Positions 18,095-27,867 of a stretch of 64,000 bases of DNA are shown piece after piece; positions within the stretch are counted from its first letter, which is position 1; each line of letters begins with the position of its first letter. Made by a program: the position numbers and the translations under genes. The stretch is from Nitrososphaerales archaeon. GTDB taxonomy: Archaea > Thermoproteota > Nitrososphaeria > Nitrososphaerales > Gagatemarchaeaceae. The notes under the pieces are model-generated. The model was not told the DNA's origin. It saw only the letters and a program-made list of their open reading frames with translations, and did no database searches. The stretch is from the NCBI GenBank assembly GCA_035516335.1, contig DATJAJ010000068.1, positions 20,157 through 84,156 on the forward strand, read 5' to 3'.

Positions 18095-19558
18095 GTGTTC
18101 CAGATGCAGTACAAGTGGACGGTCCTCACAGTCACCACGATAGGCGTCCTGATGAGCGGCATAGACGGCCGCATCATGATCATAGGCCTGCCCACGGTCG
18201 CGGCTGCCCTCAAGGCCGACGCCGAGCAGGCCATCTGGTTCACCCAGGCCTACACCATCGGCAGCACCATAGCGCTCCTCTTCATAGGCAGGGTGAGCGA
18301 CATCTTCGGCAAGGTCCGGGTCTACGCGCTGGGGTTCACGCTCTTCACCGTCGGCTCGCTCCTGACCGCGCTCTCCGGGACTCCGGACGCCTTCATCGCC
18401 GCGAGGATGGCCCAGGGGCTGGGGTCGGCAGCCCTCTTCGCGAACAGCGCGGCCATAATCACGGACGCCTTCCCCGCGACCCAGCTCGGCACCGCACTTG
18501 GCATCAACCAGATCGCGTTCAGGGCGGGGGCGCTCGCCGGCCTGACCATCAGCGGGCTCATCCTGTCGGTGCTCACGTGGCCCTACCTCTTCTACGTCAA
18601 CGTGCCCATCGGGATCTTCGGGACGGTCTGGGCGCTCAGGCGCCTCAGGGACACGGAGAAGCCGGAGAGAATGGCGCCCATGGACTGGTACGGCTTCGGG
18701 ACGTTCACGCTGTTCATCTCGACCCTGCTCCTCGTCCTCACGTTCGCGGCCTACGGTACCGCCGACCTCCGCCTGGTCGTCGCCCTCGCGGCGGTTTCGG
18801 CGGTGTCTCTCGCGGTCTTCGTGCGCATCGAGAGGAGGAGGCAGTTCCCGCTCCTCGACCTGGGGCTTCTCAGGATACGGGAGTTCACCGGCGGCATAAT
18901 CACCCAGCTCCTCAACTCGATCGCCTGGGGAGGGTTCCTCCTCGTGATCAGCCTGTACCTGCAGCTGGTCCTGGGCTACAGCCCGTTCGCCGCGGGCGTG
19001 GCCATCATCCCGTTCGACATCTCCTTCCTCATAGTCGGACCCCTGAGCGGGAGGTTCTCAGACAAGTACGGCACCCGCCCCTTCGCCACCGTGGGGCTGG
19101 CGGTGATCAGCCTCGCGCTGGTGCTGACCTCCACCGCGGGCGTCTCCACGCCGTACGCCGACATCGCGGTCTACCTGCTCATCGGCGGCGCGGGCATGGG
19201 CCTCTTCGCCTCGCCGAACATGAGCTCCGTCATGGGCTCGGTCCCGGTCCAGAGGAGGTCGGTGGCCTCGGCGCTCAGGGCGACCTTCTTCAACGTCGGG
19301 TACACGCTCAGCCTAAATCTCGCAATACTGGTGATGACGTTCACCGTCCCGTTCAGCGTCCTCACCCAAGTGATCGCCTCGCTGAACCCGGCGTCCATCG
19401 CCACGGTGGACAGGGCCGCGTTCGCAGTCGCCATCAACCACGTGTATCTCGTTATGGCGGTCATCAACACCATCGGCATCGTGCCGAGCCTGCTGAGGGG
19501 CAACAGGGTCGCCACCGGGGCGGTGACCGAGGTCAAGCCCGACCTCGAAGCCGACTAG
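18095..19558 (+). CDS. MFS transporter, DHA2 (EmrB/QacA-like, 14-TM) drug:H+ antiporter type
   Basis: 487 aa with about 14 helices and motif-A-like GRVSDIFGKVRVY. The start abuts the marR stop. Confidence 0.85.
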   Translation: MFQMQYKWTVLTVTTIGVLMSGIDGRIMIIGLPTVAAALKADAEQAIWFTQAYTIGSTIALLFIGRVSDIFGKVRVYALGFTLFTVGSLLTALSGTPDAFIAARMAQGLGSAALFANSAAIITDAFPATQLGTALGINQIAFRAGALAGLTISGLILSVLTWPYLFYVNVPIGIFGTVWALRRLRDTEKPERMAPMDWYGFGTFTLFISTLLLVLTFAAYGTADLRLVVALAAVSAVSLAVFVRIERRRQFPLLDLGLLRIREFTGGIITQLLNSIAWGGFLLVISLYLQLVLGYSPFAAGVAIIPFDISFLIVGPLSGRFSDKYGTRPFATVGLAVISLALVLTSTAGVSTPYADIAVYLLIGGAGMGLFASPNMSSVMGSVPVQRRSVASALRATFFNVGYTLSLNLAILVMTFTVPFSVLTQVIASLNPASIATVDRAAFAVAINHVYLVMAVINTIGIVPSLLRGNRVATGAVTEVKPDLEAD

Positions 19559-19584
19559 CCTCTCAGGACGGAAGTTGCCGGGAT

Positions 19585-20370
19585 CTACAGGGCACTGCCG
19601 TATCGGTTGTGGTAGGCGACGTCCTTGAGGTCTCTGCGCACCCGCAGGTTCTTCCCCGGTGGCGCAGCCGGATAGCCGAGGCATATCCCGAACGCGACCT
19701 TCATCCCCGCCGGAACGCCAAGGATCCGTTTGACCTCCTCGTCGACGGGCGCTTCGCCGAGTGCGCTGAGGATCTTCACGCCTATCCCGAGGGCGTTCGC
19801 GGCGATCCAGACGTTCTCCATGAGGCAGCCCAGGCTCACAACGCCCAGGAAGTCCGCCTCGGAGGCGGGAGCCCTCTTTGATGGGTCATAGGTGACGACC
19901 AGCAGAGTCGGGCAGCCCTTCATGGCCCCGGCGAGAGGGGACGGCGGGCTATCGCGGATGGCCTGCGCAAACATCGAAGGGTCGCGCCAGGTCTGCGGGG
20001 CGCTCATGCCCAAGAGCCCCGTCTTCTTGTTGAGCAGCTCTTCCTCGGAGAAGGAGAGCGTGGCCAAGTGCTCGCGGAGGTAGGTCTCCGTGAGCGGAGC
20101 CCCCTTGATCCTGCCGAGCTCCGCAAGGACGTCCCTGTCGTCGACCACCACGATCTCGAAGTTCTGCATGTTGTGGGCTGTGGGCGTCCACCTTGCGGCT
20201 TCGAGGATCAGCCCCAGGCTCTCGGCGTCGACCTTCCGCTGAGAGTCGAATCCTCCTTTCGAGGACTGCCGCTTGAGAAGCGCGTCGATGACGTCCTGCT
20301 CGACTGGCTTTGCTTCCTGTTTGCTGGCGACCGGAATCCTGCAGCTGTCGCCCACGGAACTCTGGCTCAA
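19585..20370 (-). CDS. nitroreductase-family protein
   Basis: 261 aa. DVIDALLKRQSSKGGFD and RWTPTAHNMQNFEIVVV fit the nitroreductase fold signature. TTG start with TTTATAA (20398-20404, minus strand) about 31 nt upstream. Confidence 0.75.
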   Translation of the reverse strand: MSQSSVGDSCRIPVASKQEAKPVEQDVIDALLKRQSSKGGFDSQRKVDAESLGLILEAARWTPTAHNMQNFEIVVVDDRDVLAELGRIKGAPLTETYLREHLATLSFSEEELLNKKTGLLGMSAPQTWRDPSMFAQAIRDSPPSPLAGAMKGCPTLLVVTYDPSKRAPASEADFLGVVSLGCLMENVWIAANALGIGVKILSALGEAPVDEEVKRILGVPAGMKVAFGICLGYPAAPPGKNLRVRRDLKDVAYHNRYGSAL

Positions 20371-20508
20371 TTCGGGCGGTCGGGACCCCTGCCCGCGTTA
20401 TAAAGGGCCGACACAATTCTTACGGGTGGGAATCGGCTTTGCCGAGGATTAGGTTAAAGGCGCTTAAATGGCCTCCGCCTCCCCTCGGGCTCTCACGGAG
20501 CCGCCGAT

Positions 20509-21435
20509 GTGATGGAATTTCGATTCGGCAGAAGGGAGTTCGCGCTGTTTGCAGCGGCCCTCATCGCCCTGAACGTCTGGACCTTCGCGGCCGCCTATCC
20601 GGAGACCATGAGGATTGACGCCGGGTGCTGCACGGCCAACTCCCAGCTCGCCAAGGACTTCTCCGCCTTCTACACCGCAGCCTGGAGGCTCTTTCACGAT
20701 CCGTCCCAGGTATACGCCCACGGATACGTCAACGACGGAGAATTCCGCGTCCTGCCGCAGCCGGAGGGGTACAAGTACATGCCCTCCTTCCTGTGGATGG
20801 TTTCGCCCATCCTCGCGCTCCCGTACCAGAGCGCGCTGACGGCCTTCGACCTCTTGCAGCTCGCGCTCCTGCCTCTGATGGCTTTTCTCGTCTACGAGCT
20901 CGTGAAGGAGAAGGGGGCCCTGGCCGCTGCGGTCGTCGCACTCATCGTCCTTCTCCTGCCATTGCCGCTCTCCTCGCCCGGCTGGAGCATCACGGTCAGC
21001 TACTACTGGCAGTGGGCCGAGGGGCAGTCCAAGGTCCTTCTCACGTTCATGTTCCTCCTTGCCCTCTACCTCGGGAAGCGGGGGATGCCGCGGCTCTCTG
21101 GCGTGGTCTACGGTCTCGCCGCTTTCGACCCGCGCTTCGCCGTCCTGGCCCTGCCCCTGTTCTTCGTTTACAACCGGGACCTCCGGAAGGCGGTCGTCTT
21201 CGCGGTCGGCGCGTTCGTCATAGCCAACGTCCCTCTGTTCTATCCGCCTCTGGCCGGAGGGCTCTTCCACATGGCTCAGGCCTCGAGCCTCACCCCTCCA
21301 TACTACTACACTCTGATCCCGACCTTGGGACTGGCGTCTCTGATCGTCGTGAACTACCGCGAAATCATCGCCCTGGCGTCGAGGTGGCTCCATCCTGAGC
21401 GGACGTCCGTGACAAGTTCAGGTCCGCGGCCTTAG
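20509..21435 (+). CDS. DUF2029/GT87-like polytopic membrane protein (putative glycosyltransferase)
   Basis: 308 aa with 8-9 helices. The early loop AKDFSAFYTAAWRLFHDPSQVYAHG and YKYMPSF resemble the conserved DUF2029 motif. Confidence 0.5.
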   Translation: MMEFRFGRREFALFAAALIALNVWTFAAAYPETMRIDAGCCTANSQLAKDFSAFYTAAWRLFHDPSQVYAHGYVNDGEFRVLPQPEGYKYMPSFLWMVSPILALPYQSALTAFDLLQLALLPLMAFLVYELVKEKGALAAAVVALIVLLLPLPLSSPGWSITVSYYWQWAEGQSKVLLTFMFLLALYLGKRGMPRLSGVVYGLAAFDPRFAVLALPLFFVYNRDLRKAVVFAVGAFVIANVPLFYPPLAGGLFHMAQASSLTPPYYYTLIPTLGLASLIVVNYREIIALASRWLHPERTSVTSSGPRP

Positions 21436-21704
21436 CGGGCAGCCTCCTTGCCTGAACTACGCAAGCCACCTCGATTACATACCACCCTGCACACTAGACA
21501 CAGGAGGTATGTACCACCAGAACTACCTGCTGTCGGTCCGTCGGATGAGTCGGTGAACGTGGGACCGTCACCCCACAGGCGCAGGAGAATCGCTGGTCTC
21601 CTGCCTGAAAACAGAGGGGCGCCGCTCGGCCCTGGCCGGCGGCGCGCTCTTCGGTCATGCCCCCTTGGGCTCACGCTCGGGGCACTATCGTGTGTGCGAT
21701 TTCC

Positions 21705-23222
21705 CTAGGACCACGGCGGGAGCGGGAAGACGACCTTCGCTGCTTCCGGAGCGACGTTCACGTTGGACCAGACCACCGGGAGCACCCAGTTGGGCTCCGA
21801 CCCGGTTCCTGCCTGCCACTGCCCGACGGTCTCGAAGCATGGCGAGTCGTGCGTTGCAGGTACCATCTGGCAGGGTCCCATCATGAAGTTGCCGTTGGTC
21901 TCCCCTATGGCTGTGTTTACCTCGTCCTTGTCGAGAGAACCCGCGCGGGTAATCGCATCCGCAGCTATCTGGACGGCCGCGTAGGCGGGTCCGATTGCGG
22001 GGTTGACGGGTGCGTTCATGGAAGTGGACCACGCGGCCGCAAGGCTCTGAGATGTGGTCGTGCCCACACCCTTGTAGCCCCACGAGGGGTCCCACCACAC
22101 CTCTGTGCAGACGTCCAGGGGCAGGCTGTCGCCCCAGGCGTTGATGTCTGTATAAAAGAGCGGGGCCCTTCCGATCATGGCCAGCTTCGGCCTGTAGTTC
22201 AGCTCGGCCGATTGCCTCCAGAACGTCCCGAAGTCGGGAGCAGGTAGGTTCGCCCAGATGAAGTCGCACGGCGCGTTCTTCCACGCGGTGATGATGCTGC
22301 TGAAGTCGGTGGTTCCCGGCGGGTAGAGCTGTGGGCTCACCACGTTGTACCCTGCCTTTGTCAGGTAGGGCGGGAGCGCACCGTACCATCCGGTTCCGTC
22401 CGTGTCACCGCAGGTGAGGATTGCCGCGTTGCTGTTCATCTGGCTCTGGAATTCGTTTGTTACGCCCATGAAGACGTCGGCGGCGGTCGCGCCACTGACG
22501 CCGTTCAACGGCGAGGCTGTCCAACCCACCTGGGTTGGCTCTATGACGATTCTGAACCCGAGGCTCCATGAGTATTTGTAGGGACCGCCAGCCCACCAAG
22601 GCTCGTACGGCCCGGTGGTTCCCATGAGCGGGACGCTGTAGCGGTCGCAGGCCACTGAGATTGGGTTCTGCGTGTCCGGAGGAGCGATGCTCCCCACGAG
22701 CATGTCGACGTTGTCGCTGAGGATCACCTGCGACGCCAGCGAAGACGCCTTCGTCGGGTCGCTCGCGTCGTCGTAGATCGTGTAGGTGATGGGCACTTTC
22801 TTGCCGTTGATGCTGATGCCGCCCTGGGCCATCAGGTCGGCTATCGCCTGCTGGTGGCCGAACTTGGTTCCCTGTCCGAACGCGGCGAACGGTCCGCTCT
22901 GCGAGATGACCGCACCCAGGTGGACCTGGGACGGGCCGGCGGCGGCAGAGCTCGTGACGTGGGTCGGAGGAGCGGTGGTTACCTGCGTGGTGCTGCTGGA
23001 AGTCGTGGATGTGTTGTTGGATTTCGAGGTCTCCGTGTAGTAAAGGTAGCTGCCGACGCCTACGACGGCGACGACGACCACTCCGACACCGACGGCGGCA
23101 ATCTTTCCGATAGCCTCCCTTCGGGTCAGTTTACCATCAGGAGCAGGTGCTGAGTTTGCTGGATTCTTCTTGGCTGATTTTTTCGTAGAAGGTCCGAGGG
23201 AATCTGTTTCTTTAGATTCCAT
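21705..23222 (-). CDS. ABC transporter substrate-binding protein, branched-chain amino acid (LivJ/type-1 PBP) family, membrane-anchored
   Basis: 505 aa with an N-terminal TM anchor and a Ser/Thr linker, followed by HLGAVISQSGPFAAFGQGTKFGHQQAIADL...YDDASDPTKASSLASQVILSDNVDMLVG. Confidence 0.8.
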   Translation of the reverse strand: MESKETDSLGPSTKKSAKKNPANSAPAPDGKLTRREAIGKIAAVGVGVVVVAVVGVGSYLYYTETSKSNNTSTTSSSTTQVTTAPPTHVTSSAAAGPSQVHLGAVISQSGPFAAFGQGTKFGHQQAIADLMAQGGISINGKKVPITYTIYDDASDPTKASSLASQVILSDNVDMLVGSIAPPDTQNPISVACDRYSVPLMGTTGPYEPWWAGGPYKYSWSLGFRIVIEPTQVGWTASPLNGVSGATAADVFMGVTNEFQSQMNSNAAILTCGDTDGTGWYGALPPYLTKAGYNVVSPQLYPPGTTDFSSIITAWKNAPCDFIWANLPAPDFGTFWRQSAELNYRPKLAMIGRAPLFYTDINAWGDSLPLDVCTEVWWDPSWGYKGVGTTTSQSLAAAWSTSMNAPVNPAIGPAYAAVQIAADAITRAGSLDKDEVNTAIGETNGNFMMGPCQMVPATHDSPCFETVGQWQAGTGSEPNWVLPVVWSNVNVAPEAAKVVFPLPPWS

Positions 23223-23375
23223 CGGAAGGGGCGAATCGCCAAAAGTTTGGTTTAAGGGTTGTTCCTAATCCAGTATTTTCATGTTGACGGTGCGGTCCAG
23301 ACCTTCCGCGTGATGAAAATCTTGGATTGTTCTCGCGCCTAAGGTTATTAGGCCACTTCGCTTCGTTTCCACAGG

Positions 23376-24185
23376 TTGAGCCGGTCATCCGACGTAGCCG
23401 CCAGGTACGACAGGATCTCTGACCTCTACGACGAGACCAGAGAGCCGCTGACGCCGCAGGGGGTGGAGGAGGTGGTCGGGTTCCTGGCGAGGGAGGGGGC
23501 GAAGGAGGTCCTCGAAGTGGGGGTGGGAACGGGAAGGATCGCCGCGCCGATCAGGAGGAGGGCCGTCAGCCTGGTCGGGATCGACCTCTCCAGGAGGATG
23601 CTCGAGAGGGCGAAGGCGAAGGGCCTCGACAACCTCGCGCTGGCGGACGCGAACCAGCTCCCGTTCAAGGACGCCGCCTTCGACGCGGTCCTGATCGCCC
23701 ACGTGCTCCACCTCTTCGAAAGCCCGGCCGAGACCCTCGGCAGACTGTCGCGGGTCGCCAGGAAGGAGATACTGGTCATATTCAGGAGGCGGGACGAAGG
23801 CAATCCCGTGCTCGGTCCCGCCAGGCAGGAGCTATGGCAGAGGTTCAGGGAGGCGGCAGAGGAGCTGAGCTGCGAACTTCCGCCGCCCTCCGGCGACTAC
23901 CTTGCGGGCTTCAAGCGAGAGTCAGCATTCCTCGCGGAGTTCCCGCCCGACGAGGTCGAGGTCGTCCAGGACGTCCTGCTGACGACTACCCTGGGCGAGC
24001 GGCTTTCGGTCTTCGAGAAGCGCGCCTACGGGTTCCCGGTGCAGGTGTCTGACGAGGCGTTCCAGAGGATCGTGGCCAAGGTGAGGAGCGAAATCGATCC
24101 AGGCAAGCAGTTCAGCTACAGGCGAGTGGAACAGGTCGGAGTGTGGCGGAAGGAACGGCTGGCCGCCCTCGAGGGACACGAATGA
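23376..24185 (+). CDS. class I SAM-dependent methyltransferase
   Basis: 269 aa with motif I VLEVGVGTGRIA and post-I/II motifs VGIDLSRRML and FDAVLIAHVLHL. Confidence 0.75.
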   Translation: MSRSSDVAARYDRISDLYDETREPLTPQGVEEVVGFLAREGAKEVLEVGVGTGRIAAPIRRRAVSLVGIDLSRRMLERAKAKGLDNLALADANQLPFKDAAFDAVLIAHVLHLFESPAETLGRLSRVARKEILVIFRRRDEGNPVLGPARQELWQRFREAAEELSCELPPPSGDYLAGFKRESAFLAEFPPDEVEVVQDVLLTTTLGERLSVFEKRAYGFPVQVSDEAFQRIVAKVRSEIDPGKQFSYRRVEQVGVWRKERLAALEGHE

Positions 24186-24245
24186 GTCGGCCAACCAGCC
24201 CTACAACACTATTTATCTGACCTCGATTCCGTCTGGCCCGAGAGA

Positions 24246-25616
24246 TTGAGGGTCTACAGACTGCTGCTCGTCCTGGGCATCCTCGCTGTTTTCATTCTCC
24301 AGATCGCAGCGAACGTCCCAGCCCACGCACAGTCGCCCCCCTCGGCGGCTTCCAGGTCCTGCTCAGCGGGAAATGACTACGTGGCATCCCTCAACGCCGA
24401 CATCGACCCGGGAGCGGCCGACTTCATGTCAACGACAGTCAGCAACGCCGAGTCAGCCTCGGCCTGCACCATAGTGTTCGTGCTCCAGACCAACGGCGGC
24501 GACGGGGGTAGCATGGAGTCCATGGTGGGCTCCATAGAGAGCTATCAGCAGTGGGGAGGCACGTTCATCACGCTGGTCGCCCCCATCGGCGGCTACGCGT
24601 TCTCTGCGGGTGCCTACATAGCGGAGGCATCTACGAAGATCTACATGGTCCCAGGGACGACGATAGGCTCGGCGACGCCCATCGTTTCTGGGATTCCCAC
24701 CGGGGAGGAGAACAGCACCATGACCAAGGACATAGACGCTTTCACTTCTTACATGCAGACGCTCACGGGCTCCAACGGGCGCAACGCAACGAGCGCGGGG
24801 ATGATGGTAAACCACGGCGTCTCGTACTCGTGCAAGAGCTACGCCGACTGCCAAGCGCTGCAGGTGGGCGTTGTAAATGGAGTCCTCAACGCGACCACAA
24901 AAAGCGGCGCATTGGCCGCCCTGAACGTTCCGGCAGGAACCGCCACGAACACCCCAGGCATCCGGTCGCAGCTGATCTCGGTGTTGACCGACCCCGACGT
25001 CTCGAGCCTTCTTTTCCTGATAGGGATCTTCGTCGTGCTCTTCGACATATACCACCCGACCATAGTGCTCTCGGTGGTGGGGATAGCAATGATGGCCCTC
25101 GCCCTCTTCGGCCTCGGGGACTTCGGGGCGCCGCTGGTGTCCATAATCCTCATGATCGTGGCGGCAGCGTTCATCTTCCTCGAGGTGAAGACCCAGCACG
25201 GGATAAGCGCCCTGGTGGGGGTCGTGATCTTCGTCATCGGGTTCCTGTTGATCTTCTCGCCGCCGGCGCCAGCCGCGGCGTCGAGCCCCGCGCAACCGGC
25301 GGGCAACTTCTTCACGGTGCCGGCCGTATCCTACGCCCTCATCGCCATCATCGCTGCAGTCGGAATAATAGGAAGTCTCTACCTGGCGAAGATTCGGAAG
25401 CAGCTGCAGGCGCAACCCAGCCAGTTCGACAAGGGAAGGATGATAGGCAGGGAAGGAAGGATGGAGTCGGACCTCAAGGCGGGTGGGCTGGGGGTCGCGA
25501 TGATCGGCTCCGAGGAGTGGACCGTGACCTCGTCCGAAGCCATCGCGAAGGGAAGTCTGGTAAAGGTTAAAGAGGTAACAGGTAATCATCTCACAGTAGA
25601 GAAGATCCAGGGTTGA
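24246..25616 (+). CDS. NfeD-family membrane-bound serine protease (stomatin-specific protease type)
   Basis: 456 aa. It has a ClpP-like N-domain (NGGDGGSM..., YAFSAGAYIAEAS), a multi-helix membrane block and a C-terminal OB-like NfeD domain (GREGRMESDLKAGGLGVAMIGSEEWTVTS). Its stop overlaps the TTG start of the stomatin gene (TTGA). Confidence 0.8.
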   Translation: MRVYRLLLVLGILAVFILQIAANVPAHAQSPPSAASRSCSAGNDYVASLNADIDPGAADFMSTTVSNAESASACTIVFVLQTNGGDGGSMESMVGSIESYQQWGGTFITLVAPIGGYAFSAGAYIAEASTKIYMVPGTTIGSATPIVSGIPTGEENSTMTKDIDAFTSYMQTLTGSNGRNATSAGMMVNHGVSYSCKSYADCQALQVGVVNGVLNATTKSGALAALNVPAGTATNTPGIRSQLISVLTDPDVSSLLFLIGIFVVLFDIYHPTIVLSVVGIAMMALALFGLGDFGAPLVSIILMIVAAAFIFLEVKTQHGISALVGVVIFVIGFLLIFSPPAPAAASSPAQPAGNFFTVPAVSYALIAIIAAVGIIGSLYLAKIRKQLQAQPSQFDKGRMIGREGRMESDLKAGGLGVAMIGSEEWTVTSSEAIAKGSLVKVKEVTGNHLTVEKIQG

Positions 25617-26515
25617 GCCTCCTCTCTTCGGCGGTTCTGCAGGTGGGAAGTCAGCTGGACGAGATAGTCGTCGTCGTTCTGATCCTCATCATCGTCCTGG
25701 CCCTGATCGCGTATTCAGTCAAGATCATCAGAGAGTACGAGAGGCTCGTGGTATTCAGGCTGGGCAGGCTCGTCGGAGCCAGGGGACCCGGAGTCGTGCT
25801 GGTGCTGCCTTTCGTCAACAGATTCAACAAGATAGACCTGAGAGAGAGGTACCTGGAAGTCCCACACCAGACCTGCATCACCAAGGACAACGCCCCCACC
25901 GACATCGACTTCCTCATCTACTACAAGGTCATGGAAGCGACCCAGAGCGTCGTCCAGGTCCAGAACTTCGAGGGCGCGTCCATAGGCATCGCGACCACAA
26001 CCCTCAGGGCGGTGGTCGGCGACATCCCCCTCGACGAGCTCCTGGCGAAGAGGGAACAGATCAACCAGGTGCTGAGGTCGAAGCTGGACGAGGTCACGGA
26101 ACGCTGGGGAATCAAGGTCACCAACGTGGAAATCAGGGAGATCAGGCCGCCGAAGGACGTCCAGGAGGCGATGGTCAGGCAGATGTCCGCCGAGAGGACA
26201 AGAAGGGCCATGGTCACCGAGGCCGACGGGAAGAGGGAGTCGACGGTCCTCGTGGCCGAGGGCGATAAGAAGTCGGCGATCCTCAGGGCAGAGGGAGACA
26301 AGCAGTCGGCCATCCTGAGGGCCCAGGGCTACTCCGAGGCTCTCACCCAGATATTCAGCGCCGCGAAGTCCATAGACTCGAAGACGATGGTCCTGCAGTA
26401 CCTGGACACCCTGAAGGCGCTCGGGGCGAGCCCGTCGACCAAGTACATCTTCCCCATGGAGTTTACCAGCCTGCTGGCCCCCCTGAAGGAATACGCTAAG
26501 GACTCCTCCAAATAG
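25613..26515 (+). CDS. SPFH/band-7 protein (stomatin-like)
   Basis: 300 aa with an N-terminal hairpin helix, then IIREYERLVVFRLGRLVGARGPGVVLVLPF and a coiled-coil EGDKKSAILRAEGDKQSAILRAQG. Confidence 0.9.
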   Translation: MSLLSSAVLQVGSQLDEIVVVVLILIIVLALIAYSVKIIREYERLVVFRLGRLVGARGPGVVLVLPFVNRFNKIDLRERYLEVPHQTCITKDNAPTDIDFLIYYKVMEATQSVVQVQNFEGASIGIATTTLRAVVGDIPLDELLAKREQINQVLRSKLDEVTERWGIKVTNVEIREIRPPKDVQEAMVRQMSAERTRRAMVTEADGKRESTVLVAEGDKKSAILRAEGDKQSAILRAQGYSEALTQIFSAAKSIDSKTMVLQYLDTLKALGASPSTKYIFPMEFTSLLAPLKEYAKDSSK

Positions 26516-26626
26516 GCCAGAACGGGCTATTTTCGCAGAAAAAGCCCCCAGAAACGGCATTTCTGGCAGTTATTAGGCCCGACCTTATATTCAAACTTCT
26601 TCATGGTTTGAGGCGGGCAGCCATTT

Positions 26627-27280
26627 TTGTCAGGAACCGAAAGCGAAATGCAAGCAAGGAGAAGGACCGTCGTGGTCCTTCAGGATGAAATGCGCCGGGT
26701 GCTGGATGCGTCCAGGGTGCTCCTCGACGAGTTCGCGGCGGTTCAGAAGGGCGACAAGATGTCCACCGGCTCGGCGATCGAGAAGGTGAGGAAGGCCGAA
26801 GAGGACGTCGGGCTGCTTAGGAACGCGCTCCTGAGGGAACTGTCGCAGGTCGGAACCTTGCTCGTCAACAGGGAGGACGTTCTCCGCGCCGCCTTCACCA
26901 TAGAGGATATCTTCGGGCACATCAACGGCATCGCGTTCAGGGTGTCCCAGCTGCCGAAGGCGACCGCAAGGAACAAGCGCTACAGGGAGTCGATCACGAT
27001 GCTACTGGGCCTCGTCATAGACGGCATATCCAAGCTCAACGAGACGGTCAGGGCGCTTTCGGTCAATTCGGACCAGTCCATGCAGCTGGCCAGCCAGGTG
27101 TCGCAGATCGAGAGCTCGGTCGACTCGAAGTACAGGGAGGCCGTCGCGATGGCCCTGAGACAGTCGAAGAGCTTCAAGGAGCTGGTCGCGGTCAAGGACG
27201 TGCTCGAGTCGATAGAGAACTGCGCGGATGCGTCTCTGAGCGCGGCCGACGCGGCCACGATCCTCGCACTGGGAATCTAG
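26627..27280 (+). CDS. DUF47-family (PhoU-like helical bundle) protein
   Basis: 217 aa, all-helical. The pattern ...REDVLRAAFTIEDIFGHINGIAFR... and C-terminal VKDVLESIENCADASLSAADA resembles DUF47/TIGR00153 proteins (memory-based). Confidence 0.5.
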   Translation: MSGTESEMQARRRTVVVLQDEMRRVLDASRVLLDEFAAVQKGDKMSTGSAIEKVRKAEEDVGLLRNALLRELSQVGTLLVNREDVLRAAFTIEDIFGHINGIAFRVSQLPKATARNKRYRESITMLLGLVIDGISKLNETVRALSVNSDQSMQLASQVSQIESSVDSKYREAVAMALRQSKSFKELVAVKDVLESIENCADASLSAADAATILALGI

Positions 27281-27282
27281 CC

Positions 27283-27840
27283 ATGCCGCCGAAGCGGGCC
27301 ACGGGAAGGCTCTTCCAGAACAGGCTCGTCGTCTGGGACATAGAGTCATCGAGGAGGCTCTTCAAGGAAGGCTACTACGGGAAGCCGCTCGGCATACCGA
27401 AGCCAAAGGACTTCGAGTTCGACGCCCCTCTCATACTCGACCTGATGGAGGGCTACTACCTCCAGAAGAAGAAGACCCTCCAGGTCCTCGGAGAGGACGG
27501 CAAGGAGCTCACCGCGAAGCGCCTCGAGGAGATCTGCAGGGCTTCCTACACCGACTTCGACGAGAAGTTCCTCGTCTACAAGATGCTCAGGGAAAAGGGG
27601 TACGTCGTCACCCCGGGCATAAAGTTCGGTTCCGACTTCGCGGTCTACGAGCACGGGCCCGGGATAGACCACGCCCCCTACATCGTCCAGGTGATGAGGC
27701 CGGGGACGACCATCGCGGCCACCTCTATGGTGAGGTCCGGCAGGCTCGCGACCACGGTGAGGAAGCAGTTCATCATCGCGCTCCCGGACACGCAGAAGAA
27801 CTCGGTGGAATACCTGCGCTACGACTGGTGGCGCGCCTAG
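27283..27840 (+). CDS. endA: tRNA-splicing (intron) endonuclease
   Basis: 185 aa. GYYGKPLG at the N-terminus, catalytic block GIKFGSDFAVYEHGPGIDHAPYIVQV, and C-terminal RKQFIIAL. Confidence 0.85.
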   Translation: MPPKRATGRLFQNRLVVWDIESSRRLFKEGYYGKPLGIPKPKDFEFDAPLILDLMEGYYLQKKKTLQVLGEDGKELTAKRLEEICRASYTDFDEKFLVYKMLREKGYVVTPGIKFGSDFAVYEHGPGIDHAPYIVQVMRPGTTIAATSMVRSGRLATTVRKQFIIALPDTQKNSVEYLRYDWWRA

Positions 27841-27867
27841 CGGGCGCCTCTTCTGGAGCGGACCCGG

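Noticed and set aside
17500-19881. 793-aa plus-strand ORF spanning the marR and MFS genes
   Set aside because: It is an alternate frame of two motif-supported genes. The translation is Arg/Pro/Gly/His-rich with no domain-like segments.
20464-21398. 309-aa antisense and 257-aa alternate-frame ORFs over the DUF2029-like gene, and likewise 24453..25589 and 24551..25570 over nfeD
   Set aside because: Their composition is biased to Arg/Gly/Glu/Asp/Pro, and they have no helices or motifs. The chosen frames encode coherent membrane-protein or protease features.
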